Shown here in pieces: positions 17,556-28,149 of a stretch of DNA of 64,000 nt (position 1 is the stretch's first letter; the number at the start of each line of letters is the position of its first letter). The notes below the pieces were generated by a model that saw nothing but the letters and a program-made list of their open reading frames with translations, searched no databases and was not told the origin of the DNA. A program made the position numbers and the translations under genes. Origin of the DNA: an uncultured bacterium (GTDB lineage: Bacteria; Acidobacteriota; HRBIN11; JAKEFK01); contig CAVZQN010000004.1 of NCBI GenBank assembly GCA_963777505.1, forward strand, positions 1,632,001 through 1,696,000, read 5' to 3'.

Positions 17556-19133
17556 ATGGCAAATCGATATGACGCAATTATTATCGGTGGCGGTCACAAC
17601 GGACTTGTTACAGGTGCATATTTAGGCAAAGCTGGAAAGAAAGTTGTTGTACTTGAAAGACGTCACCTGGTTGGCGGTGCAGCTGTTACAGAAGAAATTT
17701 ATCCTGGATTCAAATACACAGTAGCATCGTATGTTGTAAGTTTACTTCGTCCTGAAATTGTCCGGGAGTTAGAGCTCCCTAAATATGGACTTGAAATTTT
17801 ACCTCTTGAAAGTACGGTAACGCCCTTGCCTAATGGAGATTATCTTGGGCGCTGGCCTGATCATGCAAAAACGCGGCGCGAACTGATGCGCCACTCAGTT
17901 GCTGATGCCGAAGCTTACGATCAATTCGGTAAGCTGATGTATCACATGGCTGTTTTGGTCAAACCCATTTTGGGAATGACTCCGCCGCGTATTGGATCAT
18001 TCAATCCTTCCGAACTGATGCGTCTTGCCGGGCTTGGAAAGCATTTCCGTAAGACCGGCGAAGAATATATCTACGATATGCATAAGCTGATGACGATGAG
18101 CTCAGCGGATTATCTGGATGAATGGTTTGAAACCGAATGTTTGAAAGCAACAATGTCTGCGAGTGGAATTATTGGCACATTTTTAGGGCCCCGTTCACCT
18201 GGAACTGCTTACGTTTTGCTGCACCATTACATGGGTGAAATTGATGGGAACTTCCGCGCATGGGGATTTCAGCGTGGCGGAATGGGTGCGCTTAGCGAAT
18301 CCATGGCTGGTGCGGCCCGCGCACAAGGTGTAGAAATACAACTTGAACGTTCGGTCTCAAAGATTCTCATTCGAAATGGTACTGCTTATGGCGTTGCTCT
18401 TGATAATGGTGATGAGCTGCATGCGCCGATCGTGGCTTCGAGCCTTGATCCGAAACGCACGTTCTTGCAGCTGATTGATAAGAATGAATTGCCTGCAGAC
18501 TTTGTCAGACAAATAGAAAACTACAAGATTCGAGGCTCTTCAGGAAAAGTGAATCTTGCACTTGATGCACTCCCAAATTTCACGTGCCTTCCAGGAGATG
18601 GCCCTCATCTTCGTGGTGCATTTTCAATCAGTCCTTCGATTGATTATCTAGAACGGGCTTATGATGATGCAAAGTATGGAAATTTTTCACAAAAGCCTTA
18701 TATGGATATCGTTTTGCCTTCCATGATTGATCCTTCAATGGCACCCCCAGGAAAACATGTGATGTCGATTTTTGTTCAGTATGCGCCGTATCACTTGAAG
18801 ACCGGAACCTGGGAAGAGAAGCGTGAAGATTTTGGTGATGCTGTTATCAATACTCTTAGTGAGTATGCACCAAACATAAAGGATATAATTCTTCATCGCC
18901 AGGTTTTGTCTCCATGGGATATTGAACAAAGATTTGGCCTGACTGAAGGAAACATTTTTCAGGGTGAGTTATCACTTGATCAATTGTTCTTTTTACGGCC
19001 TGCAGCAGGTTGGGCACAATTCCGTACACCCATTAGAAATTACTATTTGTGCGGATCAGGCGCGCATCCGGGCGGGGGAGTAATGGGAGCTCCAGGCAGA
19101 CTTGCAGCTCTGGAGATTTTGAAAGATCACTAA
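17556..19133 (+). CDS. Phytoene dehydrogenase-like (COG1233/PYROXD2) FAD oxidoreductase A
   Basis: IGGGHNGLV...VVLERR..VGGAAVTEE, GGMGALS, APPGKHVMS, EGNIFQGE, YYLCGSGAHPGGGVMGAPG. Confidence 0.9.
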   Translation: MANRYDAIIIGGGHNGLVTGAYLGKAGKKVVVLERRHLVGGAAVTEEIYPGFKYTVASYVVSLLRPEIVRELELPKYGLEILPLESTVTPLPNGDYLGRWPDHAKTRRELMRHSVADAEAYDQFGKLMYHMAVLVKPILGMTPPRIGSFNPSELMRLAGLGKHFRKTGEEYIYDMHKLMTMSSADYLDEWFETECLKATMSASGIIGTFLGPRSPGTAYVLLHHYMGEIDGNFRAWGFQRGGMGALSESMAGAARAQGVEIQLERSVSKILIRNGTAYGVALDNGDELHAPIVASSLDPKRTFLQLIDKNELPADFVRQIENYKIRGSSGKVNLALDALPNFTCLPGDGPHLRGAFSISPSIDYLERAYDDAKYGNFSQKPYMDIVLPSMIDPSMAPPGKHVMSIFVQYAPYHLKTGTWEEKREDFGDAVINTLSEYAPNIKDIILHRQVLSPWDIEQRFGLTEGNIFQGELSLDQLFFLRPAAGWAQFRTPIRNYYLCGSGAHPGGGVMGAPGRLAALEILKDH

Positions 19134-19148
19134 AAAACGGGAGAAAAT

Positions 19149-19913
19149 ATGACACGTCAATTTGTTCGCGCTTTGTGTGGTTTTACCTGCGTGCTTCTCT
19201 TACTTGCAGTTGGTTGCATCAACTATGATCAAAAAATGGAATTGAATTCAAACGGATCCGGCAAAATGGTCATGCATTACAGCATGGCACAGCAACTAGT
19301 TTCTATGATGCAGATGGGTGGTGACGCAGCTGGTGGTGAGACCGGCGGAGACCAGGAAATGCCATTCAAGCTGAAAGAAGAAGAAGTAAAAGCAGACTTG
19401 GTTGCTCCCGGAGTCAAGGTGGAAAAATTTGAAACGAAAACAGAAGGCGATCAACAACATTTTTATGTGCATTTATCCTTCGACAATGTTACAAGCCTGA
19501 ACAAAACAAAAACCTTCAAGGACATGCAAGTTACATGGAAGGAAGAGGGCGGCGTTACGACATTTTCCCAACTATTGAAAGCGAAAAAGAAGGAAGCCGG
19601 TGCGACCCAGGGTGACGATGCGATGGGAAAACAAATGGCTTCGGCAATGTTTGGAAATGCAGCGTTTAAATATAACGTAAAATTTCCCGCCAAAGTTTTA
19701 CCTGCACCGGATACAAATGGAACGATCGCTGAAGATGGTCAAACTGTAAGCTGGAGTTTTCCTCTGGTTGAAATGGACTCAGGCGACAAAGTCATGACGG
19801 CTAAATTCAAATCCGGCGGCTTATCGATGAAAACACTGGCAATTATTGCTGGCGCCGGACTGTTAACACTCATTGGTTTGGTCGGAATTATCTTAATGAT
19901 GCGCAAGAAATAA
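19149..19913 (+). CDS. LppM-like lipoprotein with C-terminal TM anchor
   Basis: Lipobox LAVGC, then INYDQKMELNSNGSG, TNGTI..DG.TVSW, and a C-terminal TM followed by RKK. Confidence 0.65.
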   Translation: MTRQFVRALCGFTCVLLLLAVGCINYDQKMELNSNGSGKMVMHYSMAQQLVSMMQMGGDAAGGETGGDQEMPFKLKEEEVKADLVAPGVKVEKFETKTEGDQQHFYVHLSFDNVTSLNKTKTFKDMQVTWKEEGGVTTFSQLLKAKKKEAGATQGDDAMGKQMASAMFGNAAFKYNVKFPAKVLPAPDTNGTIAEDGQTVSWSFPLVEMDSGDKVMTAKFKSGGLSMKTLAIIAGAGLLTLIGLVGIILMMRKK

Positions 19914-19956
19914 TTTATCGAAGCGCGCTGTCTCAAGTGGAGCAAAATAAAAATCT

Positions 19957-21528
19957 ATGGCATATGACGCAATTGTAATTGGCGCAGGTCACAACGGTCT
20001 AATAACTGCCGCAAAATTGGGAAAAGCCGGGAAGAAGGTTCTGGTTTTGGAACGTCGTAATATAGTTGGCGGCGCGGCTGTGACGGAAGAAACTTATCCC
20101 GGATTTCGATATTCAACCTGCGCATATTCGCCTGGACTCTTTCAAGCATCCATAGCAGATGAACTCAATCTTGCAAAATATGGTTATTCAACGATTGAAT
20201 TTGATCCAGCTCTTGTTGCTCCATCGCCCGATGGCGAACCACTCTACTTCTGGAATGACCAGGCACGAACGATAGAAGGGATTGCTAAGAAGTCTGTTAA
20301 TGATAGCAAGCGCTATCCGGAATTTATTGCCGATATGGAACGGCTCGTTAAACATTTAAAGCCGCTTCTAACAAAATCTTTACCAGATCCTGCTACAGCA
20401 GGTGTCTCAGATCTCGGTGAATTGTTAGCACTTGCCTGGAAGCTAAAGGGATTACGGGAACGCGATATCCTGGAAATGCTTCGCGTTCTTCCAATGAGCA
20501 TTTTCGATTTGCTCAATCAATACTTCGAAAATCCTCATCTTAAAGGAGTTTTAGCTAGCGAAGGTATTTTTGGAAGCTTTTACGGTCCGCGCTCAGCAGG
20601 CTCTGTCTATGTGATGCTTTATTTGCGGATGGGAAGAGGAGATGGATCTAAGTTTGGCTGGCCATTTTGCAAGGGTGGAATCGGAACTCTGACGCAGGCG
20701 ATCGCTCAAGCTGCGAAAAGCCATGGCGTGGAGATCAGAACTGGAGTGGATGTTGCGCAAATTCAAATCAAAGATGGTGTTGCAACTGGAGTTGTGCTTT
20801 CAAATGGCGATGAAATTTCCAGCAATATTGTTGTTTCAAACGCAGATGCGAAGCGTACGTTTTTGAAACTTGTCAATCCGATTTATCTCGAACCGCATTT
20901 CCTGGTCAAAATACGTGCGATTAAATCTCGCGGCGTAAGTTGTAAAGTGAACTTTGCATTGGATGGGTATCCAAATTGGAAGGGCTTGAATTCAGGCCAA
21001 CAGCCTGCTGCACTTTGTATTGCGCCCGATATGGATTATCTTGAAAAAGCATTTGATGATGCAAAATACGGAAGACCGTCAAAAGCACCATTTCTGGATA
21101 TTGCAATTCCTACAGTCGCAGATTCAAGTATTGCTCCACAAGGAAAACATGTGATGTCGGTTTATGCCTTATTTGCTCCATATCATTTGAAAGAAGGCGA
21201 TTGGAACCAAAAAAGAGATGAATTCGGCGACACAGTTGTAAAAACTATTGAGACATATGCGCCAGGGTTCTCAAAATTGATTCTTCACAGACAGGTAGTT
21301 ACACCACTGGATCTTGAAACTGAATTTGGACTTACTGAAGGAAACATCAATCAGGGTGAAATTTCGCTGGATCAAATCATGTTCATGCGTCCGGTTTCAG
21401 GATATTCACGGTACAAAACGCCGATTGAAAAACTCTACCTCTGCGGTGCTGCAACTCATCCAGGCGGAGGCGTTACTGGAATTCCCGGGTCGCTTGCAGC
21501 CAGTCAAATCCTTTCCGATTGGAAGTAG
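19957..21528 (+). CDS. Phytoene dehydrogenase-like FAD oxidoreductase B (paralog of A)
   Basis: Same motif set as A: GAGHNGL, APQGKHVMS, EGNINQGE, LYLCGAATHPGGGVTGIPG. Confidence 0.9.
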   Translation: MAYDAIVIGAGHNGLITAAKLGKAGKKVLVLERRNIVGGAAVTEETYPGFRYSTCAYSPGLFQASIADELNLAKYGYSTIEFDPALVAPSPDGEPLYFWNDQARTIEGIAKKSVNDSKRYPEFIADMERLVKHLKPLLTKSLPDPATAGVSDLGELLALAWKLKGLRERDILEMLRVLPMSIFDLLNQYFENPHLKGVLASEGIFGSFYGPRSAGSVYVMLYLRMGRGDGSKFGWPFCKGGIGTLTQAIAQAAKSHGVEIRTGVDVAQIQIKDGVATGVVLSNGDEISSNIVVSNADAKRTFLKLVNPIYLEPHFLVKIRAIKSRGVSCKVNFALDGYPNWKGLNSGQQPAALCIAPDMDYLEKAFDDAKYGRPSKAPFLDIAIPTVADSSIAPQGKHVMSVYALFAPYHLKEGDWNQKRDEFGDTVVKTIETYAPGFSKLILHRQVVTPLDLETEFGLTEGNINQGEISLDQIMFMRPVSGYSRYKTPIEKLYLCGAATHPGGGVTGIPGSLAASQILSDWK

Positions 21529-21559
21529 CTCTTAACCTCAAAGACTCAAAGTTATCTGT

Positions 21560-21862
21560 CTATCGGTAGATATTGATCCAGGAGCGGCTGTAATAATCGG
21601 TAAGGGTTAAGGTAAGCAGGATTGCAAGCCAGAAAAATCCGGCGACCACGCACAGTCGAACGACACTATCACTGTATCGTACATGCATAAAATACAGCAC
21701 CACAAGTGTGCCTTTCAAAACTGCAATCGAAACGGCAATGATCGTATTCCACTTACCAAAATCTTGCATCGATGCAAAAACTGTAACGGCTGTTAAGATC
21801 ATCAAGCTGAGAAATATAGCTATATAAATCTTGATAGGCACAACATGATGTTGTTCTGACAT
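21560..21862 (-). CDS. coxD: Cytochrome c oxidase subunit IV (caa3-type)
   Basis: Three TM helices, K..LV..YFMH.RY motif, last gene of the cox block. Confidence 0.85.
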   Translation of the reverse strand: MSEQHHVVPIKIYIAIFLSLMILTAVTVFASMQDFGKWNTIIAVSIAVLKGTLVVLYFMHVRYSDSVVRLCVVAGFFWLAILLTLTLTDYYSRSWINIYR

Positions 21863-21869
21863 TATTTCC

Positions 21870-22517
21870 TCAATGGTGTCTGCTAATTAAATAAAGGAAA
21901 GGAAATAAGAAAATCCAAACGATATCTACAAAATGCCAGTACAATCCGCAATTTTCAACCGGCGAATAATATTCAGCTGAATACAATCCTCTCCATGAAT
22001 TGAATACAAGCCAGGAAAGCAACCCGATTCCAATAATCATGTGGAGTGCGTGCAATCCGGTCATGCAGAAATACAATGAAAAGAATATTTGTGCATGTTC
22101 CGGATCCGTGACTTCCGTGAAATGAAAATTCACTCCGGGAACATGATGATGTTTAAACTTGTCTGCATATTCAACGACTTTGATGCCTAAAAATATTGAT
22201 CCAAGAATAATCGTAAGAACCAAAAAGAATAGCAGTGCTTTTCTCTTGCTTGTTTGAGCGGCATGTACAGCAAGCGCCATAGTTAAGCTACTGCCGATCA
22301 GAACTCCTGTATTGATACTTCCCAGAGTCACATCGAGAGTATTACTGGCTGCAACAAATGCGGCGTGATACGTACTGCGGTAAATGACATATGCCAGAAT
22401 CAAACCGCCGAAAAACATAATTTCTGTGACCAGGAAGACCCACATTCCAAGGTTTGACGCTTCGCGTTGTTGTTGCGGAGAATCAAAATGGTGTAAGAAG
22501 GCCGGGTTTTCAGACAA
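21870..22517 (-). CDS. coxC: Cytochrome c oxidase subunit III
   Basis: LGMWVFLVTEIMFFGG, TGLHALHM, GLYWHFVDIVWIFLFP. TTG start after AAGGAGG. Confidence 0.92.
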   Translation of the reverse strand: MSENPAFLHHFDSPQQQREASNLGMWVFLVTEIMFFGGLILAYVIYRSTYHAAFVAASNTLDVTLGSINTGVLIGSSLTMALAVHAAQTSKRKALLFFLVLTIILGSIFLGIKVVEYADKFKHHHVPGVNFHFTEVTDPEHAQIFFSLYFCMTGLHALHMIIGIGLLSWLVFNSWRGLYSAEYYSPVENCGLYWHFVDIVWIFLFPFLYLISRHH

Positions 22518-24123
22518 CTTCAACCTCCTTTGGTGAATATGCGTATGCGTCTTCTGTCACAACTGGTGTTTCTGCAAAAATTCTCGGTGGGCGGCGGTGA
22601 GGGTGTCTCCCACTCCAATCCTTTTGCATTCCATGGATTGGATGATGCAGCGGGACCGTAACGCATCGACCAAACGAAATAAATCATCGGGATCAAATAT
22701 CCGATTCCTAAAATTGATGCGCCTGCGGAAGACATGACGTTCAATACTTGAAATTCTTCTGGATAGAAATGATAACGGCGCGGCATTCCAAGATATCCAA
22801 CAACAAATTGCGGGAAGAACGTTAAATTAAATCCTATGAAAACGACTAGAGCTGCAAATCGTGCCCAACCTTCTGGATATAATTTGCCGCTGATCTTTGG
22901 CCACCAGTAATGAAGTCCGCCAAGATAAGCCATAATTGTGCCGCCCACCATGATGTAATGAAAATGTGCAACGATAAAGTATGTGTCATGCACATGAATA
23001 TCGAGACCCAGGCTCGCAAGAAAGAGCCCTGTTAAGCCTCCAATCAAAAACAGACCGATAAATCCGAATGCATAAAGCATCGGCGTTGCATAGGAGATAG
23101 AGCCTTTGTAGAGTGTGGCGGTCCAATTAAAGACCTTTATAGCAGATGGAATTGCAACCAGAAAACTTAAGATCGAAAAAATCATCGCAGCATAAACAGA
23201 TTGTCCTGTTGTGAACATATGATGTCCCCAGACAAAAAATCCGATCACTGCAATTGCAAGACTTGAGAATGCAACAAAGCTATAGCCGAAGATTCTTTTT
23301 CTTGAGAAAGCTGCGACGAGTTCGCTGATCACACCCATCGCAGGAAGGATCATGATGTACACGGCGGGATGCGAATAAAACCAGAATAGATGCTGAAATA
23401 GTACGGGATCACCACCTAGCGATGGATCAAAAATTCCTAGCCGCAAAGCTCTTTCGGCAACAACCAGCAGCAGAGTAATTGCGATTACTGGAGTTCCCAA
23501 AATCATGATGAGGCTGGTTGCATAATGTGCCCAGATAAAAAGTGGCAGGCGGAACCAGGTAAGGCCTGGAGCGCGCATTTTATGAATCGTCACGATGAAG
23601 TTCAGTCCCGTAAAGATGGACGAGAATCCTGTGACAAACACGCCGATTCCAGTTGCTATCACGTGTGTCTTTGTCACTTCTGTTGAATATGGTGTGTAAA
23701 ATGTCCATCCCGTATCAACACCGCCGCTAATCACAACATAGACTGTAAAAATTGCTCCAATCATGTATAGATACCAGCTCAATAAGTTGATTCGCGGAAA
23801 CGCAAGATCTCGTGCTCCGATCATCATTGGAACAAGAAAATTCCCAAGCGTCGCTGGGATCGCTGGAATTAGAAAAAGAAAAACCATGACTACGCCATGA
23901 AGCGTAAACATTTTGTTGTATGTATCGGATTGCATGAGGTCGCCTGGAGGTGTCAGAAGTTCAAGCCGGATTAGTACAGCGAAAGCTCCCCCAGAAAGAA
24001 GAACAATGTGATGGATGCAAGATAAAGGAGTGCAATCCGTTTGTGATCGACTGTCAGCAGCCATGACTTTACGCCATAAGCCACATTCAAATAATTCGTA
24101 AGAGGTTTAGTTTGAGTGTTCAT
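22510..24123 (-). CDS. coxA: Cytochrome c oxidase subunit I, A2-type (two homopolymer indels at 23988-23992 and 22576-22580)
   Basis: True N-terminus [11 protein letters not shown] is in another frame. [10 protein letters not shown] (YS motif), [24 protein letters not shown]. Confidence 0.92.
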
Positions 24124-25111
24124 TGGTTCTTCACCTCTTCCGGTACGTTCGCTGGTGCCGAAGCAGCAGTCGAGGTATCGTTGGTTTTACGAAGGCTTTT
24201 AATGTATGCAATTAACTGCAGCAATCCTTCTTCACTGATTTGACCTTGATAAGTTGGCATAATTGGTTGATAGCCTGCAACGATTTTTACGTGCGGATTT
24301 ACAATGGATTCCCGCAGATATGTTTCATCGACTTTTATAGTTTCACCAGTTTGCATTTGGACTTCGCTTCCGAATAGTCCAGCCAGAATTGGACCCCGTC
24401 CAACTCGATCAGGGAAATGACAAGTATTGCACGCAAGCTGTGTGAATAATTTTTCACCTGATTCCTCCAATGAGCCTCCGGTTGGACCCCCACTGATCCA
24501 GGCTTGAAAATATGAAGGTTCCATGACGTGCACCCAGCCGATCATACCTGCATGTTTTGTCCCGCAATATTCAGCACAGAAAATTCGATATCGCCCCGGC
24601 TTCGTTGCTTCAAACCAGATCGTTCGATAATGCCCCGGTATGACATCTCCTTTTACTCTGAACGCGGGAAAGAATAGAGCATGAATTACATCTTCTGATG
24701 CCATCGTTAACTTTACGGCACGGCCAACCGGAACATGGAGTTCATTAATTTCACGAACACCGTTCGGATGTTGAAACTTCCACATCCATTGTTTGCCAAC
24801 TACGAATACATCCATTGCTCCTGCCGGAGGGCGATTCAAATCGAAGTAAATCTTTGCAGCCCATCCAAAAATTCCAAGTGTGATTATCAAGGGAATAATC
24901 GACCATGTCAGTTCAAGCAGAACTGAGCCTGTAATCGCTTGCGGCTGCTCATTTTCTGAACGTCTTCGGTATTTGATTGCAAATACGATGACGTCAGCAC
25001 GATGAGCACGGTGAAAAATACACTGATCGCAATCAACGTAATGTATAAAGCGTCAACTTCTCCGGCTTTGCTGGAAGCTTGTTCCGGAAAAAGTGGAAAA
25101 TTTTCAAACAT
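24120..25111 (-). CDS. coxB: Cytochrome c oxidase subunit II with fused cytochrome c (frameshift near 24992)
   Basis: [14 protein letters not shown]-terminus joined via IKYRRR...LELTWSIIP. Cu[13 protein letters not shown], heme CNTCH, MPTY. Confidence 0.92.
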
Positions 25112-25112
25112 T

Positions 25113-25916
25113 TTATTTATTCTTTGCGACTCTGCGGTTAGTAATGATAAAAATTCCAAGACAGATTACGGTTATGATTCCTCCGAGCCTTACAAAGTTC
25201 AACGCATAAGCGCTGTATTTCCCTGTGCTCGGATCGTAATGAAAACAAAAAAGAAGTATTTGATCTCGAATTGAACCAATCTTGCCTTTTGAAGCTTCGA
25301 CTAGTGCAAGTCTGAGATCACGAGCAGAATATTCCACACCATAGAAGTAGTTCGAAATCTTTCCTTGCGGTGTTATCACCATGATGGCGGCACCATGCGC
25401 AAATTGTCCTGATTTTTGATCATAGTTGTAGCGGAACCCAACTGACTTTGTTAACTCAGCTATCGAATTGCGGTCGCCTGTCATGAAATGCCATCCTGAT
25501 TCTGTCCCAGGTCTCTTATATGCCGCGGCATACACGGCCTTCTTTTTAGAAGCGAGTTGTGGTGTTTCACTTGGATCAAAACTGACCGTCACAACTTCAA
25601 AATCGCGTCCCATTTCAAGATTCAGAACCTTTAACGATTTCAGCAGTCCATTCAATACTTCCGTACAAAGCATCGGGCATTCGTAATAAACAAGTGACAG
25701 GATCACAGGCTTTTCTGTTTTGAAGTATTCCTGTAACTTAACCTTCCTGCCATGCTCATCTTGAAACATTAAGTGCAAAGGAAGTTGTTCATTGATTCGT
25801 TGATCGATTCCAACGCTTTTCAATGCGGGCGGAAGGCCATTGTCGGCACTTGTTGAGAACGGCAATTGAGTCAGCAGGAAAAAAAACATTGCGATAAGAC
25901 GGTTATTGTTGATCAT
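25113..25916 (-). CDS. SCO1/SenC-family protein
   Basis: YYECPMLC, conserved His (FAHGA), LLFCFHYDP, C-terminal TM. Confidence 0.9.
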   Translation of the reverse strand: MINNNRLIAMFFFLLTQLPFSTSADNGLPPALKSVGIDQRINEQLPLHLMFQDEHGRKVKLQEYFKTEKPVILSLVYYECPMLCTEVLNGLLKSLKVLNLEMGRDFEVVTVSFDPSETPQLASKKKAVYAAAYKRPGTESGWHFMTGDRNSIAELTKSVGFRYNYDQKSGQFAHGAAIMVITPQGKISNYFYGVEYSARDLRLALVEASKGKIGSIRDQILLFCFHYDPSTGKYSAYALNFVRLGGIITVICLGIFIITNRRVAKNK

Positions 25917-26376
25917 TTGTGGCCTTATTCGTTTGTGCGGCTGGCGCAGTCTGAGTCTGATTTTCTTTCTCAGCTAGAATCCTGATTGCATCATCAATCG
26001 GAATTCGGATGATTCCGTTCTGCGGATCAACCCATCCATATTCTTTTAAAAGGCTTGCATCTGATTGCATTGCTGAATTCGCAGAAGGGGTGTCAAAGAT
26101 CTGCCTTGAAGAATCTGATTTATTTGGCATGGCTTGAAGCCGCGGCTCTGCAGGCAGGACCTGTTGTTTCGGGTACAAAGGTGAAAGGACTGGATCTTCC
26201 GCTTTTTTTCGTTCATCCAGGAATCTAAACAACCACCAAACCACAATATGAACAACTACAGCGATGACTACCAAAGCAATACCAAACTTCAGAATCGCCC
26301 CGGTGTTTACCCCGGATGGATCTGCCGGAGGAATTATTTCCTTTAAACTCTTGTCATCTAGCTTTTCAGGTTCCAT
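25903..26376 (-). CDS. actG: Alternative complex III subunit ActG-like
   Basis: Single TM, P.PRLQ, YGWVD...G..RIPIDDA. Position between actF and sco. Confidence 0.65.
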   Translation of the reverse strand: MEPEKLDDKSLKEIIPPADPSGVNTGAILKFGIALVVIAVVVHIVVWWLFRFLDERKKAEDPVLSPLYPKQQVLPAEPRLQAMPNKSDSSRQIFDTPSANSAMQSDASLLKEYGWVDPQNGIIRIPIDDAIRILAEKENQTQTAPAAQTNKATNDQQ

Positions 26377-26382
26377 AAGTTC

Positions 26383-27555
26383 TCATGCATGCTTAGGTGC
26401 TTCAGTCAGGTGAACATCTCTTTCAGGCAAATTCGGATCATAAAGAACTGCAAATGGGTGCTTTTTCAATTCGTTTAAAAACAGGCTCAAGCAGAGCGAG
26501 CCCAATCCTAACGGAAGAATGAAATCCAGAAAGTTAATGTGAAATCCTTTTTGATGTAATTCAGGTCCGATCAACCAGAACAGATCGACGAGCCGCATGA
26601 TCAGTACGCCAACGGCAACATAGCCCAGAGTTCGCGGATTTTTTTTCAATTGTTTAGAAAGAAGCACGATAAATGGCAACGCAAAATGCCCAACGATCAA
26701 TAAAATTCCTGCATATTTCCAGCCGCCTTGAATTCTGTGGATGTACCATACGTTTTCTTCCGGTAAATTCCCGGAATAAATAATGAGGTACTGAGAAAAG
26801 GACAGATAAGCCCAGATCATTACAAACGCGAGTAACAGTTTGCCAAGGTCATGAAATTGTTCCGGACCAATGATTTCTGAAAATGGTGAAAAGCGGGAAA
26901 GCCACGCAGCAATCGCAATAATAAATGCAAATGCAGATAGAACTTGTCCGGCAATAATAAGCAACCCAAAGATTGTTGAGAACCAATGCGGCTCTAAAGA
27001 CATCATCCAGTCTACGGATGCAAATGTCATTGTTAATCCGTATAAGACGAGTCCAGCTCCGCCAAGCGCTTCCAATCTTCCGAGGATTGCAGGATCTTGT
27101 GTTTGATCCTGTTTTAGTGAGAGTCGATTAAACACCCAGGCAAGCAGATTCCAGATTATGAAATAAATTGCGGCACGAAACAGGAAGAAGGGAACATTCA
27201 GATAAGGCGCTTTCGATTTCAAGATTTCATCGTTATTAACAACATCAGAATGAGTCCATTCATAAAGGGAATGGGTTCCAAAAGCGATTGGAAGGAATAA
27301 TAAGGCAAACACTGGAAGTAGTCTGATTGCGGCTTCCATGATCCTGCGAGTAACGGCGCCCCAGGCTCCTCCCGCGAGATGATAAATGCAAAGAATGACC
27401 ATGCATCCCAAGGAAATTCCAATGCAGAACACGTATGCAAAAAGATAAGATCGGAAAAATTGATCCCAATTGGTTGCGCCAATTATGAATGAGAGCAACA
27501 AAAGCACGCTTCCAATGATTCGTGTCGGTTTTTGAAGCTGCTCTATATTCGTCAT
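26383..27555 (-). CDS. actF: Alternative complex III membrane subunit ActF
   Basis: LYEW, YLN.PFF..R, DWMMSLEPHWFSTIFG, HDLGKLL, YSGNLPEE. Confidence 0.88.
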   Translation of the reverse strand: MTNIEQLQKPTRIIGSVLLLLSFIIGATNWDQFFRSYLFAYVFCIGISLGCMVILCIYHLAGGAWGAVTRRIMEAAIRLLPVFALLFLPIAFGTHSLYEWTHSDVVNNDEILKSKAPYLNVPFFLFRAAIYFIIWNLLAWVFNRLSLKQDQTQDPAILGRLEALGGAGLVLYGLTMTFASVDWMMSLEPHWFSTIFGLLIIAGQVLSAFAFIIAIAAWLSRFSPFSEIIGPEQFHDLGKLLLAFVMIWAYLSFSQYLIIYSGNLPEENVWYIHRIQGGWKYAGILLIVGHFALPFIVLLSKQLKKNPRTLGYVAVGVLIMRLVDLFWLIGPELHQKGFHINFLDFILPLGLGSLCLSLFLNELKKHPFAVLYDPNLPERDVHLTEAPKHA

Positions 27556-28148
27556 TGCGGCTTCATTGCCTCCAGTTCTTTTCTTTTTTCTTCAGGTACA
27601 AGATCGATCGTCGCATGCTGACTCAACTGCAATGCCCGGATATAAGCCACAATCGCCCAACGATCCCGGACTGGGATCTGCTCGGCGTAGCTGGACATTG
27701 TTCCAAAACCATTAGCAATTGCATCGTAAAAATATCCAGGCGGAGACTGACGGAGTCGATCAATATGAAAGGAGGGTGGACGCTTGAAGCCGCGTTGCAC
27801 AACGATTCCAAGTCCATTTCCAATAAGGTCATGACACGGCGTGCAAAAGATGTTGTAACGGCTCTCCCCTCGCCGTACCAGCTCTTCTGTAACAGGAATT
27901 GGAAATGATGTCACATGTTGATCTCCGATTTTACCGGCAAAGTACTCCGGATTGTCTCTCAGATGTCCACGCGCAACTGTTCCTTCTACAAAAGGACGTG
28001 ATGCTCTTTGATCATCAAAGAATGCACTTTTTTCCAATGGTTCATATTTCGGCTGATCATGCATATCCTGACGGCAGGCTGCAAGACTTACTGCAAAGAC
28101 ACAAATGCCCAACGTCAGTCTTAGTTTCTTTGCGGTAAAAAATATCAT
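27552..28148 (-). CDS. actE: Alternative complex III monoheme cytochrome c lipoprotein ActE
   Basis: Lipobox LAAC-RQDMHDQPK, GTVARG, CTPCH, DRWAIVAYIRALQ. Confidence 0.9.
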   Translation of the reverse strand: MIFFTAKKLRLTLGICVFAVSLAACRQDMHDQPKYEPLEKSAFFDDQRASRPFVEGTVARGHLRDNPEYFAGKIGDQHVTSFPIPVTEELVRRGESRYNIFCTPCHDLIGNGLGIVVQRGFKRPPSFHIDRLRQSPPGYFYDAIANGFGTMSSYAEQIPVRDRWAIVAYIRALQLSQHATIDLVPEEKRKELEAMKPQ

Positions 28149-28149
28149 T

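Noticed and set aside
17556-21528. Carotenoid biosynthesis cluster
   Set aside because: No crtB/crtE/cyclase nearby, and the motifs fit the non-carotenoid COG1233 group.
22510-25111. Pseudogenised cytochrome oxidase
   Set aside because: All metal ligands are intact and two of the three indels are in homopolymers, so sequencing error is more likely.
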